This document shows positions 27,101 through 34,570 of a stretch of 64,000 bases of DNA, piece by piece. The stretch's first letter is position 1; every line of letters starts with the position of its first letter. Position numbers and translations under genes: made by a program. The notes beneath the pieces were generated by a model. That model saw nothing but the letters and a program-made list of their open reading frames with translations. It had not been told where the DNA came from and searched no databases. Location of the stretch: contig CAWIFL010000004.1 in the NCBI GenBank assembly GCA_963835535.1, positions 192,328-256,327 on the forward strand, given 5' to 3'. This stretch comes from an uncultured Gemmatimonadales bacterium (GTDB lineage Bacteria > Gemmatimonadota > Gemmatimonadetes > Gemmatimonadales > JACORV01).

Positions 27101-27370
27101 ATGACGACCTGCGCGATGATCTTCGGAATGCTGCCGACGGCGCTGGCGCTCGGACAGGGCGGCGAGTTCCGGGCGCCCATGGCGCGAGCCGTGATCGGCG
27201 GCCTGATCACCTCGACGTTGCTGACCCTGATCGTCGTGCCGGTGGTCTACAGCTATCTCGACGACTTCGGCGCGCGGGTGGTGACGTGGGTGACGGCGGG
27301 GAGGAAGGCGCCGGTCGAACAGAAGATGCGGGAGCCCGGAGCGGTGCCGGAGGGCGTGCCGGCGGACTAA
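24200..27370 (+). CDS. RND efflux permease (AcrB/HAE family)
   Basis: 1056 aa with 12-TM architecture. The N-terminus MFLSELSIKRPVFATMMMLALVVLG is typical of AcrB-like pumps. Confidence 0.95.
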   Translation: MFLSELSIKRPVFATMMMLALVVLGLFSLRRLKLDDMPDVELPFVMIQVNYPGASTEAVERDVAKKIEEAVNPIEGVDRIESSSVEGYTMIFIQFTLQTKVMTAQSDVRSAVDGIRGDLPVDIDPPIISRFDFRQNPIMSLSLSGKGFALRDLTTLATETISRRLETVDGVGSVSVVGGLDRQIRILLLPPRMDALGVSPDMVSLGLQRANLDMPAGRVEQANAEQLVRVQGRIVDPADFGTVVVATRNGVSVRLNEVARVEDSQEEERTLAEFSGKRAIGIDIRKVSGANTVDVAKGIRAVMADLNTELPQGVQLEVVRDNSTWIQDSLADVQMALVLGALLTILIVFIFLNSWRSTVITGLTLPVSIISAFLVIYAMNFTINTLTLMALSLAVGILIDDAIVVRENIVRHVERGEDHHKAAGTATSEIGFAVLATTMSILAVFVPVGFMRGIVGRFFFQFGITVAFAVAVSLFVSFTLDPMLSSLWYDPQAAGHAERGRIGKGLERFNEKVRGAGRWYRGVIAWALDHRGRVLAIAGGAFLAAIVLMGVGAVGGGFFPNTDRSELIVTIQTPVGSSLAYTRTKGEEVDRYLRSRPEVAYTYFTIGGGMQRTVTDGTIYVRMKPKGQRSLSQSAFEIALRRALPVFKGVTTGIMDAGGMAGGQLPVQVNILGPDMTRLQDLNDRMLAAIRGVPGLVDLKSSLEEHKPEYVVRVNRDLATNVGLSVGSISNTLRTVLSGQTATTFEDASGLTHDVVVQVAPEYRTSFDDLGKIPLATATMNPRTQSPVMVPLGQVAQITLSGAPAEIKRLSLERMARIEGNYQGRPLTSVMTDIGKRLATVPLPPGYRIDIGGEQRNFAETTGYVLESLTLAIIFVYLILASQFGSFLQPLAIMLSLPLSIIGVLAALMLTGDTFNILSMIGVIMLMGLVTKNAILLVDFANKTREKGATRRQALIEAGEIRFRPIMMTTCAMIFGMLPTALALGQGGEFRAPMARAVIGGLITSTLLTLIVVPVVYSYLDDFGARVVTWVTAGRKAPVEQKMREPGAVPEGVPAD

Positions 27371-27384
27371 TACCACAACCAATC

Positions 27385-27445
27385 GAGTTGCGAGTCGGGA
27401 GTTGCGAGGGAGGCTACCCCTCGGGACTCGGCGTCTCGCAACTGG
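27385..27445. repeat. Paired GTTGCGAG-type elements (copy B5) at a convergent gene junction
   Basis: GAGTTGCGAGtcggGAGTTGCGAGggaggctacccctcgggactcggcgtCTCGCAACTgg. The outer AGTTGCGAG/CTCGCAACT arms can pair. Confidence 0.75.
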
Positions 27446-27446
27446 C

Positions 27447-28136
27447 TCAGGCTTTCAAGTCGGTCATGCGCGTGCCACCCACGTAGGTCGTCGCCTCCTC
27501 GTGGTCCAGCTCTGCGAGCCGCCGGAGCAGGTCGGCGATACGGGCCACCTGGGAGCGCGCGAGCGCCAGCGCCGCCCGGCCGTCCTCGGTCAGCGAAGCC
27601 GCGTCCAGCCCCATCAGGTCGAGCTGCGCGCTCAGCGCCATCAGCGGGTTGTTGATCTCGTGCGAGAGCGCGACCACGATCTCGCCGATCGCCGCCCGCC
27701 GCTCGGCGCGGATCAGGCTGTGCTGCGACTCGGCGAGGGCCCGCTCGATCTCCCGCATCTTCACGACCCGCGCCAGCACCTCCGGCAGCAGCTGGGTGAA
27801 GGCCTCGTCCTTGATGATGTAGTCGTTCGCGCCGAGGTGGAGCGCCTCCGACGCCACCCGCTCGGAGCCGTGCCCGGTCATCATCACCACCGAGGCCGTG
27901 GAGCCCTGGCGCCGGATCTCCCGCAGCACGTCGAGCCCCGAGCGGTCGCCTTCGAGCCGGTAATCCACCAGGATGACGTCGGCGTGCGGCGCGAGCTCGA
28001 GCGCCGGCTCGGCCGACGCCGCCGTCCCGACACAGGAGAGCCCCGCCGCCGCGACGAGGAGCTGGACCAGGCGCGCCTGCGCCGGGTCGTCTTCGACCAC
28101 CAGCACCGTGACGGGATGGGAGTCCGCGGGCGTCAT
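27447..28136 (-). CDS. Response-regulator receiver fused to a HisKA (DHp) domain, with no ATPase domain
   Basis: REC motifs VVEDD, ILVDYRL, MMTGHG and YIIKD, then the H-box ALSHEINNPLMAL. The protein ends ~70 aa later with no N/G1/G2 boxes. ATGA overlap with the upstream gene. Confidence 0.75.
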   Translation of the reverse strand: MTPADSHPVTVLVVEDDPAQARLVQLLVAAAGLSCVGTAASAEPALELAPHADVILVDYRLEGDRSGLDVLREIRRQGSTASVVMMTGHGSERVASEALHLGANDYIIKDEAFTQLLPEVLARVVKMREIERALAESQHSLIRAERRAAIGEIVVALSHEINNPLMALSAQLDLMGLDAASLTEDGRAALALARSQVARIADLLRRLAELDHEEATTYVGGTRMTDLKA

Positions 28137-28975
28137 GCCGCAACGAACTCCGCTTCGACGTGCGAGGCGATGATGCCCGCCCGGTGGGCCTCGTCGAGCA
28201 GCCGCTGCACCGCGCGCCGGCCGGTGGGGCCGATGTCGACGGTGTAGTCGTTCACGTACATGCCGACGAACCGGTCCGTGCGCCCGGCGTCCATGCCGCG
28301 GGCATAGCCCATCGCGTGGGCCAGCGCCTCGCCCCGGTGCTCCAGCCCCCAGACGATGGAGGCCTTGAGGTCCCTCGCGACGCCCTGCACCAGGGCGGCG
28401 CCCAGGTCGCGCCGAACGACGTTGCCTCCGAGTGGAAGGGGGAGGCGGGTCTGGCTCGCCCACCACTCGCCGAGATCCTCCCACAGCGAAAGGCCGCGGT
28501 CGGCGTAGGTGAGCTGGCCTTCGTGGATCAGGAGGCCGACGTCCACGACGCCGCCCACCACTGCATCCTCGATGGCGTCGAACGGCAACACCTTCGTGCG
28601 CGCGCCGCCCTGGTAGAGCCGGAGCGCCAGGTACGCGGTCGTGAGCTCTCCCGGGATGCCGACCAGACGGGAGGCGATGGCGGCGCGTGGGTCGGCGGGG
28701 CGCGGCTCCCGCGACACGAGGCGCGGCCCGTAGCCGTCGCCCACGGACGCGCCGTGCGCCAGCAGCGCGTAGCGACCGGCGAGGTGCGCGTAGGCGTGGA
28801 AGGAAACGGCGGTGACGTCGAGGTCGCCGGCGAGCGCGCGGCGGTTCAGCGTCTCGATGTCGGCCAGCTCGTGCTCGTAGCGCCGGTCACCGGTGTCCAC
28901 CTTCCCGGCGGCGAGCGCGTAGAACATGAACGCGTCGTCGGAATCCGGGCTGTGGGCGACCCGGATGCGCGGCAT
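28133..28975 (-). CDS. MqnA/MqnD family (futalosine-pathway menaquinone biosynthesis) protein
   Basis: 280 aa. The N-terminus RVAHSPDSDDAFMFYAL and a periplasmic-binding-like fold are typical of the VitK2 biosynthesis family. MqnA cannot be distinguished from MqnD here. Confidence 0.65.
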   Translation of the reverse strand: MPRIRVAHSPDSDDAFMFYALAAGKVDTGDRRYEHELADIETLNRRALAGDLDVTAVSFHAYAHLAGRYALLAHGASVGDGYGPRLVSREPRPADPRAAIASRLVGIPGELTTAYLALRLYQGGARTKVLPFDAIEDAVVGGVVDVGLLIHEGQLTYADRGLSLWEDLGEWWASQTRLPLPLGGNVVRRDLGAALVQGVARDLKASIVWGLEHRGEALAHAMGYARGMDAGRTDRFVGMYVNDYTVDIGPTGRRAVQRLLDEAHRAGIIASHVEAEFVAA

Positions 28976-28977
28976 CG

Positions 28978-29760
28978 CTACTTGCCCGCCGCCCGCGGCA
29001 CCAGGCGCTCCGCCTCGTCGCGCGCTTCCTGCAGCATCGTCGTGTGCTCGGCGTACTCGGGCAGGTCCTTGGCGCGCTCCGACTGGTAGTTCTGGAGGTA
29101 GGTCCGGAGCGCGCTGCGCGCGGCGGCGGAGTCCCCGGCCTGCAGGGCGGCCTGGCCCTTGAGCAGCCAGCCGAACAGATGGGTCCGCGCGCCGCGGACG
29201 ATCGTGTCGCCCTGGGCCGTGGCCGCGGCGTTCTGGCCCGTCGCCATGAGGATCAGCCCGAGGTGGAGCCGGGCGTCCGCGTCGAGGTCCGAGCCCAGGT
29301 TCGCGTACGCGGCGAGCGCCATCGGGGCGAAGAAGGTGACCGAGTCCGTCTTCCCCGCCTCGTGCAGGGTCATGATCTTGTTGAAGAGCATGTCCGCCTG
29401 CTGGCGCGGCGTCATCGTGGACAGATCGATCGCCGACGCCGGTCCGGGCCCGGGCGCCGGCGCGCCCGCCCCGCTCTTTCTACCGACGGTGATCACGATC
29501 ACGACGAGGAGCCCGAGCACCGCGATGCCGGCGACGTACCAGGCCGCGCGGTCCCCGCGGGGCGTGGGCTGCGCCGACGCGTTGAGGCGCCGGCCGCCGC
29601 CCGCGACCGGCGTGCCGCACTCCCCGCAGAACTTCGCGCGGGGCGGGTTCCTGGCGCCGCACTTGCTGCAGGTCGTCTCGCCGAGCGGCGCGCCGCACTC
29701 GGAGCAGAACTTGCCCGAGGTCTGCGCACTGCACGAAGGGCACTTCTGGGTGGATGGCAT
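28978..29760 (-). CDS. Double zinc-ribbon, single-TM, helical-repeat protein
   Basis: Start at ATG 29760. CPSC..GKFCSECG..CSKCG..AKFCGECG (two zinc ribbons), a TM helix WYVAGIAVLGLLVVIVITV, and a TPR-like C-terminus. Confidence 0.65.
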   Translation of the reverse strand: MPSTQKCPSCSAQTSGKFCSECGAPLGETTCSKCGARNPPRAKFCGECGTPVAGGGRRLNASAQPTPRGDRAAWYVAGIAVLGLLVVIVITVGRKSGAGAPAPGPGPASAIDLSTMTPRQQADMLFNKIMTLHEAGKTDSVTFFAPMALAAYANLGSDLDADARLHLGLILMATGQNAAATAQGDTIVRGARTHLFGWLLKGQAALQAGDSAAARSALRTYLQNYQSERAKDLPEYAEHTTMLQEARDEAERLVPRAAGK

Positions 29761-29818
29761 CCGGGAAAGCTTACCCCTGAGAGAATTCGGTGCCAAGAGG
29801 AACCGGGATCCAGTGCCA

Positions 29819-29853
29819 CTGGTAACCACTGGCAACTTGCCGTCTGGCGACTG
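29819..29853 (-). repeat. GTTGCCAG-type short repeat element, copy B3 (inverted relative to B2)
   Basis: The reverse complement cagtcgccagacggcaagttgccagtggttaccag shares a 31-nt core with B2, with 1 mismatch. Confidence 0.75.
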
Positions 29854-29890
29854 ATCCGCAGTCTGGCTCCCCGTCTTTCCGGCCACTACC

Positions 29891-30400
29891 TTGCAGGTGA
29901 TGTCATTAGCATCCCAGGCCTATCGCCAGGCGGGCGACGCGATCCTCGCGAACGTCAACGAGATCGCCACGAGCTGGCGCGACGCCGTCCGCGGCGACGC
30001 AGCGATCGCGGGCGACGACCGCCTTCCCGACCTCCTCCTGACCAACCAGGTGCCGGCCCTTCTGGCTGACATCGCGGAGGCGCTCAAGGAGGGCGAGGAA
30101 GGGGGCTCGCCCGACCGGTCCATCGCGCGGCGCCGGCGCGGCCTCCGCTTCGGCAAGCTGCGGGGCCTGGCGCGCTACGACGCCGCAGACCTGTACCGCG
30201 AATTCCGCCACCTCCGGCACACGATCTGGCGCTTCCTCCGGCAGCGGCTCGACTGGCACCGCGGTGACGCCTTCGAGGTGATGCTGGCCATCGACCAGTA
30301 CCTCGACGAGGTCATCGGGGCGAGTCTCCGGGGCTTCGTCGAAGCGTCGGAGCGCGCCGCCGAGCGCGAGGCGCCGGACAAACCCGAAGATCAGTCCTAG
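29891..30400 (+). CDS. Hypothetical helical protein (RsbR-N-like sensor domain?)
   Basis: 169 aa with good GC3 bias and helical heptad-like content. It ends at TAG 30398-30400, after which the frame stays open. Confidence 0.5.
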   Translation: MQVMSLASQAYRQAGDAILANVNEIATSWRDAVRGDAAIAGDDRLPDLLLTNQVPALLADIAEALKEGEEGGSPDRSIARRRRGLRFGKLRGLARYDAADLYREFRHLRHTIWRFLRQRLDWHRGDAFEVMLAIDQYLDEVIGASLRGFVEASERAAEREAPDKPEDQS

Positions 30401-30676
30401 GCCGGCCCCACGGAACCAACCCGCCACCCCACGCACCAGACGGCCCTGCATCTCGGGCAGCTTGCGCGCGGCGGGAAGAGCTGGGACGTCTACCTCGAAT
30501 CGGAGCCGCATCCCGACATCGCCGCCATCCGCGGGCGCCTCCACTTCGCCTGCGGCGACCGGCGCCGCACCACCGCCTGGATCTTCGTCGAGTGGACCGA
30601 GAAGGAGGTCCTGGACCGCGCCCGCGGCTTCTCGGCCGGGGAGCTCTGGACCTTCCTCGAGGGGCTGACGCCGTAG
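30401..30676 (+). CDS. Coding-like segment with no ATG/GTG/TTG start, in frame with the upstream ORF across a TAG codon
   Basis: By own count, 85 of 91 codons end in G/C. The translation ...WDVYLESEPHPDIAAIRGRLHFACGDRRRTTAWIFVEWTEKEVLDRARGFSAGELWTFLEGLTP is protein-like. It is in the same frame as 29891-30400. Confidence 0.4.
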   Translation, partial: AGPTEPTRHPTHQTALHLGQLARGGKSWDVYLESEPHPDIAAIRGRLHFACGDRRRTTAWIFVEWTEKEVLDRARGFSAGELWTFLEGLTP

Positions 30677-30740
30677 CGGCTACACCCGTCGCGCCTCCGC
30701 AGCACAAATTGCACGAAACTGGGTCGCATATCGGTGTGCG

Positions 30741-30802
30741 GAGAACGTTCTCTGCGATTTGCACAGAACTTGCTTGACAGTCTGCACGGCTGTGGCTAAA
30801 AT
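30741..30802 (+). promoter_or_regulatory. glnA promoter region: perfect 12-bp palindrome plus a consensus-like -35/-10
   Basis: GAGAACGTTCTC at 30741-30752. TTGACA (30774-30779), 17-nt spacer, TAAAAT (30797-30802). AGGAAAG RBS before ATG 30833. Confidence 0.5.
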
Positions 30803-30832
30803 CCGGCCCGACCCGAACCCAGGAAAGCGCCG

Positions 30833-32308
30833 ATGACCGCGACGATGCCCTCGAAGACCACCAAGAAAAGCGGCGCCGCCAAGCCCGCCACCAGCCCCGC
30901 GGAGGTGATCCGCCGGGCGAAGGAGGCCGGGATCCAGATGGTGGACGTGCGCTTCACCGACCTGCCCGGCACCTGGCAGCACTTCTCGGTCCCCGTGGGC
31001 GAGCTCTCGGAGGACATGTTCGAGGAGGGGCTGGGCTTCGACGGCTCGAGCATCCGCGGGTTCCAGGCGATCAACGAGAGCGACATGCTGCTGCTGCCGG
31101 ATCCGGCCTCGGCGTTCGTGGATCCCTGCCTCAAGGTGCCGACGCTGTCACTGACCTGCGACATCAAGGACCCGATCACCGGGCAGCGCTATTCGCGCGA
31201 CCCGCGCTACGTGGCGCAGAAGGCGGAGCAGTACCTGACGAAGAGCGGCGTCGCGACGACGTCGTACTGGGGTCCGGAGGCGGAGTTCTACATCTTCAAC
31301 TCGGCGCGGTTCGACCAGAATGCGCACGAGGGCTACTACTACATCGACTCGGAAGAGGGGATCTGGAACTCCGGCCAGAACGGCGGTACCCCCAACCCCG
31401 GGCACCGGCCGCGGCACAAGGAGGGCTACTTCCCCGTGCCGCCGGTGGACAAGCTCCAGGATCTGCGCTCGCGCATCGTGCTCGCGATGATCGCGTCGGG
31501 GATCGACGTCGAGGTGCACCACCACGAGGTCGGCACCGCGGGGCAGACGGAGATCGACATGCGCTACGGCACACTGGTGCGCATGGCCGACCAGATCATG
31601 ATGTACAAGTACATCGTGAAGAACGTGTGCAACGAGCACGGCTACACGGCGACCTTCATGCCCAAGCCGATGTTCGGCGACAACGGCTCCGGCATGCACG
31701 TGCACCAGAGCCTGTGGAAGAACGGCGAGAACCTCTTCTGGAATGCCCGGGGGTACGCGGGGCTCTCGGACATGGCGCGCTTCTACATCGGCGGCCTGAT
31801 CAAGCACGCGCCGGCGCTCCTGGCCTTCGCGGCGCCCACGACCAACTCGTATCGCCGGCTGGTCCCGGGCTACGAGGCGCCGATCAACCTGATCTACTCC
31901 CAGCGCAACCGCTCGGCGGTGTGCCGGATCCCGATGTACTCCAAGTCGCCCAAGACGAAGCGGATCGAGTTCCGCGCGCCCGACCCGGCGGCCAACCCGT
32001 ACCTGACCTTCGCGGCGCTCCTGATGGCCGGGCTCGACGGCGTGAAGAACCGGATCGAGCCGCCGGCGCCCATCGACAAGGACCTCTACGACCTCGAGCT
32101 GCACGAGCGGAAGCGCGTGAAGAACACGCCCGGCTCGCTGGGCGAGGTGCTCGAGGCGCTGCAAAAGGACAGCCAATTCCTACTGCAGGGCGGGGTATTC
32201 ACCCAGGACCTGCTGGACACGTGGGTGGAGTACAAGACGAAGAAGGAGCTGGAGCCCGTGGCGCTCAGGCCGCATCCGTACGAGTTTTTCCTGTACTACG
32301 ACGCCTGA
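30833..32308 (+). CDS. glnA: Glutamine synthetase type I (GSI-beta-like, with an adenylylation-type LYDL tyrosine)
   Basis: 491 aa. FDGSSIRGFQAINESDMLL, a GSGMHVHQSLW-type motif, NSYRRLVPGYEAP and KDLYDLE. Confidence 0.95.
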   Translation: MTATMPSKTTKKSGAAKPATSPAEVIRRAKEAGIQMVDVRFTDLPGTWQHFSVPVGELSEDMFEEGLGFDGSSIRGFQAINESDMLLLPDPASAFVDPCLKVPTLSLTCDIKDPITGQRYSRDPRYVAQKAEQYLTKSGVATTSYWGPEAEFYIFNSARFDQNAHEGYYYIDSEEGIWNSGQNGGTPNPGHRPRHKEGYFPVPPVDKLQDLRSRIVLAMIASGIDVEVHHHEVGTAGQTEIDMRYGTLVRMADQIMMYKYIVKNVCNEHGYTATFMPKPMFGDNGSGMHVHQSLWKNGENLFWNARGYAGLSDMARFYIGGLIKHAPALLAFAAPTTNSYRRLVPGYEAPINLIYSQRNRSAVCRIPMYSKSPKTKRIEFRAPDPAANPYLTFAALLMAGLDGVKNRIEPPAPIDKDLYDLELHERKRVKNTPGSLGEVLEALQKDSQFLLQGGVFTQDLLDTWVEYKTKKELEPVALRPHPYEFFLYYDA

Positions 32309-32383
32309 GCTGGCCCACGCTTAACCGGGAGTTCCGATGCCTTCACGTGCGCGCGGCAAGCGCGGCACTGAGGCGAGCGGGGC

Positions 32384-32414
32384 GGGCGCGGCGGCAGCCG
32401 CGCCCGTTTCGTCT
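32384..32414 (+). terminator. Intrinsic terminator/attenuator between the two GS genes
   Basis: GGGCGCGGC ggca GCCGCGCCC followed by gtttcgtct. Confidence 0.5.
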
Positions 32415-32438
32415 CGCGCCGTCATGCGCCCCCTGCCG

Positions 32439-33806
32439 ATGAGCATGGATGCGGACTACCGCGCGATGCTGCAGGCGCGGAGCGTGTCCCAGCGCGACAT
32501 CCTCGACGTGTGCGACCGGCTCGACGTCCGGTTCCTGCGTCTGCAGTTCACCGACATCCTCGGCGTGGTGAAGAACGTCGAGGTGCCGCGCAGCCAGTTC
32601 GAGAAGGCGCTGGACGGGCAGATCATGTTCGACGGCTCCTCGATCGAGGGGTTCGTGCGGATCGAGGAGTCGGACATGCTCCTCGCCCCCGACCTCGACA
32701 CCTTCCGCATCTACCCGTGGGGCGCGGAGGAGGGGCTGGCCGCGCGCATCATCTGCGACATCCACAACACCGACGACTCCGAGTTCGCCGGGTGCCCGCG
32801 GCTGGCGCTGAAGCGGCAGATCGCGCGCGCGAAGCAGCTGGGCTACGAGATGATGGCCGGGGTCGAAGCGGAGTTCTTCCTCTTCAACAAGGACGGGCGC
32901 GGCGCAGCGACGACGGAGGTGCACGACGTCGCCGGCTACTTCGACGTCGGCCCGGTGGACCGCGGCGAGCAGACGCGGCGGCTGATCATCGCCGACCTCG
33001 AGGAGATGGGCTTCGAGGTCGAGGCGGCGCACCACGAGGTGGCGCCCGGACAGCACGAGATCGACTTCCGCTACGCGGAGGCGCTGACCACGGCCGACGA
33101 CCTGGCGACCTTCCGCCTGGTGGTGCGGAGCGCGGCCGAGCGCTACGACCTGGCGGCGAGCTTCATGCCGAAACCGGTCTTCGGGCAGAACGGCTCGGGG
33201 ATGCACACCCACCAGAGCCTGTTCAAGGACGGGAAGAACGCGTTCTACGAGCCCAAGGCGGAGTGGCAGCTCTCCAAGGTGGCGCTGCAGTACATCGCGG
33301 GGCTGCTGGACCATGCGCAGGGCTTCTGCGCCGTCACCAACCCGCTGGTCAACAGCTTTAAGCGGCTGGTGCCGGGTTACGAGGCGCCGGTCAACATCGC
33401 CTGGAGCATGAAGAACCGCTCGCCGCTGATCCGGATCCCGGACCGCCGCGGCAGCGGCACGCGCTGCGAGCTGAGGATGCCCGATCCGTCGGCGAATCCC
33501 TATCTCGCGCTGGCGGTGCAGCTGGCGGCGGGCCTGGACGGGATCAAGCGCAAGCTCGCGCCGCCCGATCCGGTGAACAAGAACATCTTCACGATGACGT
33601 ACCGCGAAAAGCGGCATCACCGGATCGACGACCTGCCGCGCGACCTGCACGAGGCGCTGAACTGTCTCGAGAAGGACGAGGTGGTGCTGGGCGCGTTGGG
33701 CGAGCACATCGCCGGCCGCTACGTCGAGGCCAAGCGCTCCGAGTGGGCGGAGTACATCTCGCAGGTTTCGGAATGGGAGATAAGGAAGTACCTCGGGCAA
33801 TATTGA
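32439..33806 (+). CDS. Glutamine synthetase type I (short, GSI-alpha-like paralog)
   Basis: Candidate starts at ATG 32424, 32439 and 32445. FDGSSIEGFVRIEESDMLL, GSGMHTHQSLF and NSFKRLVPGYEAP. About 455 aa. Confidence 0.9.
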   Translation: MSMDADYRAMLQARSVSQRDILDVCDRLDVRFLRLQFTDILGVVKNVEVPRSQFEKALDGQIMFDGSSIEGFVRIEESDMLLAPDLDTFRIYPWGAEEGLAARIICDIHNTDDSEFAGCPRLALKRQIARAKQLGYEMMAGVEAEFFLFNKDGRGAATTEVHDVAGYFDVGPVDRGEQTRRLIIADLEEMGFEVEAAHHEVAPGQHEIDFRYAEALTTADDLATFRLVVRSAAERYDLAASFMPKPVFGQNGSGMHTHQSLFKDGKNAFYEPKAEWQLSKVALQYIAGLLDHAQGFCAVTNPLVNSFKRLVPGYEAPVNIAWSMKNRSPLIRIPDRRGSGTRCELRMPDPSANPYLALAVQLAAGLDGIKRKLAPPDPVNKNIFTMTYREKRHHRIDDLPRDLHEALNCLEKDEVVLGALGEHIAGRYVEAKRSEWAEYISQVSEWEIRKYLGQY

Positions 33807-34570
33807 CCGCGTTTCTCTTCGATCTCGACGGCACGCTGTACACCGACGCCGGAGCGATCCCGGGCGCGGTGGAGTCGCTGGCCGAGCTGCGGCGCCGCGG
33901 CGTGCCGTTCCGCTACGTCACGAACACCACGCGGCGCTCGCGCCGCCTCCTCGCAGAGCGGCTGACGGGCTACGGGTTCGAGGCGCGCGCGGAGGACATC
34001 ATCAGCGCGCCGCAGGCGTGCGTGGCGCTGCTCAGGCAGCGCCGGATCCGACGCGTCGCGGCGTTCGTCGCCGACGATACGCTCGAGGACTTCGCCGGGT
34101 TCGACCTCGAGAGCGACAGGCCCGAGGTGGTCGTGGTCGGCGACCTCGGCGACGCGTGGGATTTCGGGAAGCTGAACCGGGCCTTCCTGCACCTGATGGA
34201 CGGCGCGGAGCTGATCGCGCTGCAGCGCGACCGGTACTGGCTGCGCGGCGACGGCCTCGCACTCGACGCGGGGCCGTTCGTGGCGGCGCTCGAGTACGCC
34301 ACCGGCAAGCAGCCGCTCGTCTGCGGCAAGCCGTCGGCGGATTTCTACCGCACGGCGCTCGCGACGTTGGGCAAGCAGGTGGCGGAGCGGCCGAAGGACG
34401 TCGTGATGGTGGGGGACGATTTGTGGGGCGACGTCGAGGGCGCCCAGCGCGCGGGCCTCACCGCCTGGATGGTGCGGACCGGCAAGTTCCGGGACGACGT
34501 CGTCGCCAACAGCGGCATCGTCCCGGACCGCATCGTCAGTTCGGTAGCTGAGCTGCCGAGCCTGCTCTAG
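33773..34570 (+). CDS. HAD-superfamily hydrolase, subfamily IIA
   Basis: FLFDLDGTLY motif I, VTNTT motif II and MVGDDLWGDVEGA motif IV. Start is ATG 33773 or TTG 33803 (TTGA overlap with the GS stop). Confidence 0.8.
   Translation: MGDKEVPRAILTAFLFDLDGTLYTDAGAIPGAVESLAELRRRGVPFRYVTNTTRRSRRLLAERLTGYGFEARAEDIISAPQACVALLRQRRIRRVAAFVADDTLEDFAGFDLESDRPEVVVVGDLGDAWDFGKLNRAFLHLMDGAELIALQRDRYWLRGDGLALDAGPFVAALEYATGKQPLVCGKPSADFYRTALATLGKQVAERPKDVVMVGDDLWGDVEGAQRAGLTAWMVRTGKFRDDVVANSGIVPDRIVSSVAELPSLL

Noticed and set aside
22969-29853. Inverted near-identical 31-nt cores (B2 and B3) flanking a 6.9-kb segment, considered as the ends of a composite transposon or mobile cassette.
   Set aside because: No transposase or integrase lies between them. 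The left copy splits the TetR-OMF-MFP-RND operon. Other copies of the same element occur singly elsewhere. This is better explained as a dispersed REP-like repeat.
32337-32438. A 34-residue N-terminal extension of the second glutamine synthetase (MPSRARGKRGTEASGAGAAAAAPVSSRAVMRPLP).
   Set aside because: It is low-complexity, spans the terminator-like hairpin, and typical GSI N-termini begin near the MSMDADY... position.
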